Shown piece by piece: positions 38,101 to 44,235 of a stretch of 44,235 nt of DNA. Numbering within the stretch: the stretch's first letter is position 1; every line of letters starts with the position of its first letter. Where the stretch lies: positions 1-44,235 of the forward strand of contig JAKFUN010000002.1 in assembly GCA_021732675.1 (NCBI GenBank), read 5' to 3'. The position numbers and the translations under genes are program-made. The DNA is from Phycisphaerales bacterium. GTDB lineage: Bacteria; Planctomycetota; Phycisphaerae; Phycisphaerales; UBA1924. Below the pieces are notes generated by a model. It did no database searches, had not been told where the DNA came from, and saw nothing but the letters and a program-made list of their open reading frames with translations.

Positions 38101-38946
38101 ATGACTACGACGATGGTGTCGATGAGCGACAAGCAGTTTAACGACCTGCGCAAGATCATTTACGAGCGCAGCGGGATCCACTTCCCGGACACCAAGAAGT
38201 ACGTGCTCGAATCCCGTCTGGGGCACCGGCTGGGCGAGCTCGAGATGGAAACGTACGACGACTATCTGGCGTTCCTCACCATGGGGCCCTACCAGATGGA
38301 CGAGTTCCAGGAGATGTTCAACCGGATCACGATCAACGAGACCTCGTTCTTTCGGAACGAGCCTCAGTTGGATGTCTTTGAGAAGAAGATCCTGCCCGAG
38401 CTGCTCGAGGCCCGCAAGGGGACCAAGCGTCTGCGTCTGTGGTCCGCGGCGTGCTCGACGGGCGAGGAGCCCTACACGCTGGCGATCCAGGTGCATCGCA
38501 CCCTGGGCGTGCGCCTGGCCGACTGGCGGATCGAGATCCTGGGCACGGATATTTCGGAGAAGGTGCTCGATCAGGCCCAGACGGGCAAGTACACCGACTA
38601 CGCCGTGCGTTCTACTCCGCCCGTGGTCAAGCAGCGCTACTTCCGGCAGGATGGCCCATACTGGAACCTGGACTCGACGGTCCGCAGCATGGTTCACTTC
38701 GAGCTTCACAACCTGAAGGACCGGATGGCAGCGCGGCGGTTCGGGGCGTTCGATCTGATCATGTGCCGCAACGTGATGATCTACTTTGACGACACCATGA
38801 AGGCGCAGGTGCTGACGACATTCGCGGACCAACTGGCCCCGGACGGGTCGCTCTTCATCGGGCATTCGGAGACGATTCGCCCCGGAACGACGCCCTTCAC
38901 GTCGATGCCGATCTCGCACGCGTTCTGCTATCGCAAGTCCGCGTGA
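38101..38946 (+). CDS. cheR: Chemotaxis protein methyltransferase
   Basis: RBS GAGGA; motifs TINETSFFRN, WSAACSTGEEPY, GTDIS, CRNVMIYFD and GHSET. Confidence 0.96.
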   Translation: MTTTMVSMSDKQFNDLRKIIYERSGIHFPDTKKYVLESRLGHRLGELEMETYDDYLAFLTMGPYQMDEFQEMFNRITINETSFFRNEPQLDVFEKKILPELLEARKGTKRLRLWSAACSTGEEPYTLAIQVHRTLGVRLADWRIEILGTDISEKVLDQAQTGKYTDYAVRSTPPVVKQRYFRQDGPYWNLDSTVRSMVHFELHNLKDRMAARRFGAFDLIMCRNVMIYFDDTMKAQVLTTFADQLAPDGSLFIGHSETIRPGTTPFTSMPISHAFCYRKSA

Positions 38947-38986
38947 ACAACTGAAAGAGCGGGAGAGCCCCGAGGAGTGCGCCACC

Positions 38987-41368
38987 GTGAGTATGGGCGG
39001 GTTTGATGCCGAAATCGTGCGTGACTTCCTGACCGAGTCGGGCGAGCTGATCATTCAGCTCGAGAGCGATCTGGTCGTGCTGGAACGCTCGCCCAAAGAA
39101 CCGGCGATGCTGAACCAGGTCTTCCGGGCTTTGCACACCATCAAGGGCAGCGCTTCGTTTCTGGCGATCACCCAGCTGGTTCGGATTGCGCACGCCGCCG
39201 AGACCGCGTTGAACGCGGCGCGGAACGGGCAGGCGGCCATCGACCGCACCGCCATGGATCTGCTGCTGGAAGCGGTTGACCTCATCAAGAGCCAGCTCGG
39301 GCAGATCGAGTCCGGCTCGGCCCTTTCGGAGCCGCGCGAGGCGCTCGTGACCAGCCTGGTGGCCATGGGCGAACCGGGCGGGGGGCACTCTGCCCCGACG
39401 CCCGTCGCGGCTCCCGCGCCGGCGATCGCTCCTGCCACGCCTGCCACGAAGGCTCCCACGCCCCCTGCCTCCGTCGCCGGGGCCATCCCCTTCCAACCCC
39501 TGAAACTCGAAGGCGGGAAGGCCGACCTCCTGGAGTTCCTGATCGCGGACCTGGACGAATCGACCACCAAAGTCGCGACCGCCATTCAGCAGTTCGCGGG
39601 AAACGGCGGCCAGAAGCCGGCCAAGCCCGAGTGCGACCAGCTCGCGGATCTTGGCGAGCAGCTCGTTCGGACCGCCCAGTTCTTTGACTTCGCGCCGATG
39701 GTTCTGCTGGCCACCACCGTTCAGCAAGCCGGGATGCACCTTGCGAGCTTGGCCGACGAAAGCCAGCAGCAGGTCATGCCTCGTCTCTTGCTGGTGTGTG
39801 AACTGCTGGCGGAAATGACCCGGGGCGTGCGGGCTGCGGAACTTCGCGATCCGCCCACCGGCTGCCTGCTTGAAAACATCACCTTGCTGCTGAACTCATC
39901 CGAGGTTTCCGCACCCTTTCAGCTCCCTCCCGGATGCGGTCTGGAAGCTGTGGCCCGGATCGATGGCACCTGGTGCCCGGCTCACACCCCAGCGCCGGCG
40001 ACCCAGCCGACGTCGCAGATCGCAACACCCGCTGCCAGCGCCGCGCCGGCCCCTGTGGCAGCCTCGGTGACCGTGGAGCCGACGCCCCCCGAGTCAGCGT
40101 CGCAGGCTGGCCCGGCCTCCAAGCCCGACGCCAGCGGCGCCGGGAAGCAGGGCTCGGGTGAAAACACCATTCGCGTGGACGTTTCACGGCTGGAAGCGCT
40201 CATGAACTTGGTGGGCGAGTTGGTCTTGCAGAAGAACCGGGTTTCGGCGCTGACCCGCCGCGCCCAGATGTTGGAATGCTCGGACGCGGACTTCAGCGAG
40301 GCGATCACGTTGACGGCCGGGGCGCTGGATCGCGTCACGGGCGAGATTCAAACGGCGGTGATGCGCACCCGGCTCCAGCCCCTGGACAAGCTCTTTGGAC
40401 GCTATCCCCGATTGATCCGCGACTTGGCCGGCAAGACCGGCAAGAAGATGCGACTCGTGATCGAGGGCGGGGACACCGAAGTCGACAAGTCGGTGATCGA
40501 GGAACTCGGCGACCCGCTCGTCCACTTGCTGCGCAACTCCGCCGATCATGGGTTGGAGATGCCCGAAGACCGGGCCAAGTCGGGGAAGGACGAGACCGGC
40601 ACCATCACGCTGCGGGCCAGCCACGAGGGGAGCCACGTTCGGGTGCAGGTGGCCGACGACGGGCGCGGGCTGCTGCGCGATCGCATCGCCAAAAAAGCCG
40701 TGGAACGCGGGCTCACCACCGACGAGAAGATCGCGGCGATGACCGACCGGGAGATCTTCAACTTCATCTTCGAGGCCGGGTTCTCGACGGCGGAGAAAGT
40801 GAGTGATCTTTCCGGACGTGGGGTGGGGATGGACGTCGTCCGCACCAATATTCAAAAGGTCAAAGGCGAGATCGAGCTGAGCAGCGAGCCCGGGCGCGGC
40901 ACCACCGTCACGATCATCATCCCCCTCACCGTCGCCATCCTCCCAGCCATGATGGTGGGCGTGGGCAGAGAAATCTACGCGATTCCGCTCACCAATATCT
41001 TGGAGATTGTCCGTCCGCAGGCCGATCAACTACACACCATCGGGGAGCACGCGGTCATGCGGCTGCGTGAAACGGTGCTGCCGCTGGTGAGCGCCGCGGA
41101 GGTGATGGAGCTCGTCTCCGGGCCCGAGATGGTTGAGGAACCCTTCGCGGTGGTGTTGTCGATGAACGACCGGAAGATCGGACTGATGGTGTCGAAGTTG
41201 ATCGGACAGCAGGAGGTTGTGATCAAGCCGTTGGATGAGTCGCAGCCGGCGTCGAAGCGGGCGGTCAGCGGCGCGACGGTTCGGGACGACGGGGGAGTAA
41301 GTCTGATCATCGATGTGGCGGAGCTGATGCGTCGGGCCGAGACCCTGCATCACGCCTCGGCAGCCTAG
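38987..41368 (+). CDS. cheA: Chemotaxis histidine kinase
   Basis: Hpt FRALHTIKG; IRVDVSRLEALMNLVGEL; HLLRNSADHG; DDGRG; GFSTAEKVSDLSGRGVGMDVV; CheW-like C-terminus. Confidence 0.97.
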   Translation: MSMGGFDAEIVRDFLTESGELIIQLESDLVVLERSPKEPAMLNQVFRALHTIKGSASFLAITQLVRIAHAAETALNAARNGQAAIDRTAMDLLLEAVDLIKSQLGQIESGSALSEPREALVTSLVAMGEPGGGHSAPTPVAAPAPAIAPATPATKAPTPPASVAGAIPFQPLKLEGGKADLLEFLIADLDESTTKVATAIQQFAGNGGQKPAKPECDQLADLGEQLVRTAQFFDFAPMVLLATTVQQAGMHLASLADESQQQVMPRLLLVCELLAEMTRGVRAAELRDPPTGCLLENITLLLNSSEVSAPFQLPPGCGLEAVARIDGTWCPAHTPAPATQPTSQIATPAASAAPAPVAASVTVEPTPPESASQAGPASKPDASGAGKQGSGENTIRVDVSRLEALMNLVGELVLQKNRVSALTRRAQMLECSDADFSEAITLTAGALDRVTGEIQTAVMRTRLQPLDKLFGRYPRLIRDLAGKTGKKMRLVIEGGDTEVDKSVIEELGDPLVHLLRNSADHGLEMPEDRAKSGKDETGTITLRASHEGSHVRVQVADDGRGLLRDRIAKKAVERGLTTDEKIAAMTDREIFNFIFEAGFSTAEKVSDLSGRGVGMDVVRTNIQKVKGEIELSSEPGRGTTVTIIIPLTVAILPAMMVGVGREIYAIPLTNILEIVRPQADQLHTIGEHAVMRLRETVLPLVSAAEVMELVSGPEMVEEPFAVVLSMNDRKIGLMVSKLIGQQEVVIKPLDESQPASKRAVSGATVRDDGGVSLIIDVAELMRRAETLHHASAA

Positions 41369-41400
41369 CCAAGCACGTTTTCTCAGGAGCACGGACGCAC

Positions 41401-41904
41401 ATGGACGCGATTTACATCAAGCCTTTCATCGCCAGCATCTCCAACGTCTTTTCGACGATGATGCAACTGCCGGTGACCGTCAAGGAGCCGTACGTCAAGC
41501 CCGCCGAGGGTCCGAGCAGCGATGTCTCGGGGATCATCGGCATGAGCGGGGACGTGCGAGGGAGTGTGGTGCTGAGCTTCTCGAACACGACCGCGGAGAA
41601 CATCGTCGCGCTCTTTTGCGGGCAGAAGTACGGCGCGGGCACGCCCGACTTCGCCGACGCCATCGGCGAACTGGTCAACATGGTCAGCGGGGGCGCCAAG
41701 GCCCTGTTCAAGGATCGCAAGGTTTCCATCAGCTGCCCGAGCGTCGTGCTGGGCGTGAACCACATTCTGGCCAAGCAGAGCGATGTGCCCACGGTTGTCA
41801 TTCCGTGCGCCACCGACTGTGGAATCGTGAACATCGAAGTGTCGATCAAGGACGCACGGACCCCGGCGACTCCCGCCGATGCACCCGCGACCGCCCAGGC
41901 CTGA
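41401..41904 (+). CDS. cheX: Chemotaxis phosphatase CheX
   Basis: RBS CAGGAG; YIKPFI, DVSGIIGMSG and the ExxN motif DAIGELVNMVSG. Confidence 0.93.
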   Translation: MDAIYIKPFIASISNVFSTMMQLPVTVKEPYVKPAEGPSSDVSGIIGMSGDVRGSVVLSFSNTTAENIVALFCGQKYGAGTPDFADAIGELVNMVSGGAKALFKDRKVSISCPSVVLGVNHILAKQSDVPTVVIPCATDCGIVNIEVSIKDARTPATPADAPATAQA

Positions 41905-41958
41905 ACTGCAACTTTTGGGGGACTGCCGCGTTCACGCGCGGCGCTGGAGTACACGATC

Positions 41959-42369
41959 ATGCGGATTCTGCTGGTAGATGACTCGAAGACGATGCGCAAC
42001 ATCCAGAAGGCGGTGCTTTCGCAGCTCGGGCACACCGACGTGCTGGAGGCCTGCGACGGGCAGGACGCGTTGAGCAAGGCTCCGGCCTTCAAGCCCGAGC
42101 TCATGCTCGTGGACTGGAACATGCCCAACATGGACGGTCTGACGTTTGTCAAGACCTGGCGTCAGAACAACAAGCAGACGCCCATCATCATGGTGACGAC
42201 TGAGGCGGAGAAGAGCCGCGTCATCGAAGCCATCAAGGCGGGCGTGAACAACTACGTCGTGAAGCCCTTCACGCCGGACCTGCTGAGCCAGCGGATTCAG
42301 GAAACGCTTCAACGGGCCGGGGTCGCAGCCGCGGCCGCTCAAGCCGCGTCGGCGCCGGCCGCCGCGTAA
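41959..42369 (+). CDS. cheY: Chemotaxis response regulator
   Basis: Motifs LVDDSKTMR, VDWNMPNMDG, MVTTE and YVVKPFT. Confidence 0.93.
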   Translation: MRILLVDDSKTMRNIQKAVLSQLGHTDVLEACDGQDALSKAPAFKPELMLVDWNMPNMDGLTFVKTWRQNNKQTPIIMVTTEAEKSRVIEAIKAGVNNYVVKPFTPDLLSQRIQETLQRAGVAAAAAQAASAPAAA

Positions 42370-42438
42370 ACACCAACAACAACCCGCGGTCTACCGCGCC
42401 GTTGTGACTTCGTCGCGCCGGGGGGCGCGGGGACACAC

Positions 42439-43932
42439 GTGCCAGACACTCCGATTCCTATTCGTGTTGACATTCCTCCCGACGCGATGTCGGCTTCGCT
42501 TGTCATTGCGCCTGGTACGCCCAGGGGCGACCTGCAGGAAGCGGACGTCCACGGACTGCTCGCCGAACGCGGGGTTCCCATCTCCCCCGAGATTCGCGGG
42601 TCCATCCGCGCCGCCCTCGCCGAGTACTCCGACACTCGCCCTGAACCCTTTGTCCGCGCGGTCGCCTCCGGCAGGGCCCCCACCCACGGGGCCGACGGTG
42701 CCGTTGCTGTCATGCGTGAGGTTCTCCACCCGGGTGAACGTCCGACCCAGGAGAAGCGGGCCTCCAACGACCACTACTCCCGCGCACGAGTGCCGCTCGT
42801 CACCAAAGGGCAAACGATCGGACGCCTCACGCTGCCTACTTCGGGAACCGACGGCATGGACGTTCGCGGGCGGGTGGTTCCCGCCAAGCCCGGCAAGAAA
42901 ACATCCACCGTCATCGACGCTTCCGTCAAGGTGCTCCCCGACGGCACGCTGACAGCCACCATCGACGGCATTGTCGAGCTGGACCGCGAAGGCCTGCGCG
43001 TCTCGACCACCCTTAAGCTCGACACCGTCGACTTCTCCACCGGAAACGTGGAGTTCACCGGGAGCATTCAGGTTGCCGGCGAGGTTCGTGACGGCTTTCG
43101 CGTGGGTGCCAACCGTGATATTCGGGTGCGCGGCTTGATCGACGCCGCGACACTCAGGGCTGGCAGGGATGTTCATCTCGACAAGGGGATGGCCTGCCCC
43201 AATGGCGGCTCGCTCAGCGCCGGGCGTGATCTTCGGGCGGCCTGCCTCAACAACGTCACCTGCGAGGCGGCCCGGGACGCGTACATCGACAAGGAGTTGC
43301 AGGATTGCCGCCTGATCATCGGCCGGCGGCTGATCGCTCCCCACGCCGCGATCATCCGGGGCCAGGCGACGGTCGCCGCGGGTGCGGACGTGGGCACCTT
43401 GGGGTGCGAGGCGCACGCCGACACGTTTTTGTGGGTCGCCCGCGCCCCCGTCATCGACAAGCTGGCTCAGAATGTAAGCTCGATGGTGCCCACGCTGACC
43501 ACCCGGCACCAGGAGGCCAAACATCGCCTGGATGAGATCCTCAAGGAGGCGGTGACGCACAAAACCGCGGAGCGCCAGACCGAGCTGCGCTTCGCGCTCG
43601 ACTCAGCGTCGTCGCTGGCGGATCGGCTGAGCAAAGGATGCCTCTCGCTTCAGGAGTGGTCGTCACGAGCCACCAAGCCTGAGCTGTTTGTTCGCCGCGA
43701 GGTTTTCCCCGGTGCCAAAATCACTCTGGGGATGTGGACTATCGAGGTGCATGCGCGGGTGGTCGGCCCCCTTCGCTTCTTCCTGGGCGATACGGGAGAG
43801 GTCATGGTCACCGACCTTGCAGTCGGGCGAACCCGACCCGCCCAAGAAATCGCCAAAGTCGGCGCCTCCCCGAACACACCCCGACTAGACGAGGTCGCGA
43901 GCTCGCTGCGGCGCTTGAAGCGGGCCGCGTAG
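42439..43932 (+). CDS. FapA/DUF342 family protein
   Basis: Motifs DAMSASL, GTDGMDVRG, VDFSTGNVEFTGSIQVAGEVRDGFRV, beta-helix-like repeats, coiled coil and VFPGAKITLG. Confidence 0.85.
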   Translation: MPDTPIPIRVDIPPDAMSASLVIAPGTPRGDLQEADVHGLLAERGVPISPEIRGSIRAALAEYSDTRPEPFVRAVASGRAPTHGADGAVAVMREVLHPGERPTQEKRASNDHYSRARVPLVTKGQTIGRLTLPTSGTDGMDVRGRVVPAKPGKKTSTVIDASVKVLPDGTLTATIDGIVELDREGLRVSTTLKLDTVDFSTGNVEFTGSIQVAGEVRDGFRVGANRDIRVRGLIDAATLRAGRDVHLDKGMACPNGGSLSAGRDLRAACLNNVTCEAARDAYIDKELQDCRLIIGRRLIAPHAAIIRGQATVAAGADVGTLGCEAHADTFLWVARAPVIDKLAQNVSSMVPTLTTRHQEAKHRLDEILKEAVTHKTAERQTELRFALDSASSLADRLSKGCLSLQEWSSRATKPELFVRREVFPGAKITLGMWTIEVHARVVGPLRFFLGDTGEVMVTDLAVGRTRPAQEIAKVGASPNTPRLDEVASSLRRLKRAA

Positions 43933-44074
43933 GGCCTATTTGGGGCCCCCTTGGCGGAAACAGCCGGTCGCCCCGGCGCGATTCGCTGCAACATCTCGTC
44001 AGCGCGGGCTTTACAACCCGGTGATGCGCGGGCACAATAGACCAATGCTCCCTGAAACTGCGTCTGATTCACGC

Positions 44075-44235
44075 ATGGGCCCGCGCCATGCTTCGGTGGC
44101 TCTCGCCTTGCTGGTTGGGGTCTTCTGCTGCGCGGCACCCGCGTTGGGGCAGGCCTCTCCCACGCCTGATGCTCCCGCTGCCGACGCGCCCTCAAACGGC
44201 GGCGCCGAAGTCCGCCCCAGCGTCCCCCCCCCGCT
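44075..44235 (+). CDS. 5' end of a secreted protein (truncated by the window edge)
   Basis: Hand translation MGPRHASVALALLVGVFCCAAPALG-QASPTPDAPAA shows a signal peptide, and the frame is open to the end. An in-frame upstream ATG lies at 44045. Confidence 0.6.
   Translation, partial: MGPRHASVALALLVGVFCCAAPALGQASPTPDAPAADAPSNGGAEVRPSVPPP

Noticed and set aside
43650-44195. Minus-strand 181-aa ORF at the right edge
   Set aside because: It overlaps fapA and the better-supported plus-strand signal-peptide ORF at 44075, and has no motifs.

Overview
GC-rich bacterial window, most likely from a planctomycete of the order Phycisphaerales. This is inferred from a GC-type dockerin-anchored protein, a VPAPG PEP-CTERM-like protein, an [11 protein letters not shown]9-DG prepilin-like protein and a dcw fragment without ftsA/ftsZ. 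It holds about 40 CDS. In order: purN, STAS and thioesterase; a DinB protein; a stand-alone CndH-like flavin-dependent halogenase; a sugar-ABC/prepilin/surface-protein locus; a phosphodiesterase; greA; murC-murB-ddl-ftsQ-like plus an unknown membrane protein; NUDIX-nfeD-nfeD-floA; purE/purK; a Cys-less TlpA-like protein; trpC; a CPBP protease; bcp; kynurenine-branch nbaC and ACMSD; ATP-grasp and LLM monooxygenase; an S9 peptidase; and a cheB-cheW-cheR-cheA-cheX-cheY-fapA cluster. I recognised no tRNA, rRNA, CRISPR array or mobile element. Top observation: all 7 chemotaxis-cluster proteins end in Ala and 5 of 7 end in Ala-Ala, versus 0 of the 32 other complete CDS. This suggests an operon-wide ClpXP-type degron system. 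Other leads are the unknown gene in the ftsA position, the ATPase-less sugar-ABC/prepilin locus with LacI-like operators, a nested permuted repeat in the surface protein, and a halogenase with an RRE-like tail. All gene calls come from motif recognition by eye; no database searches were run.
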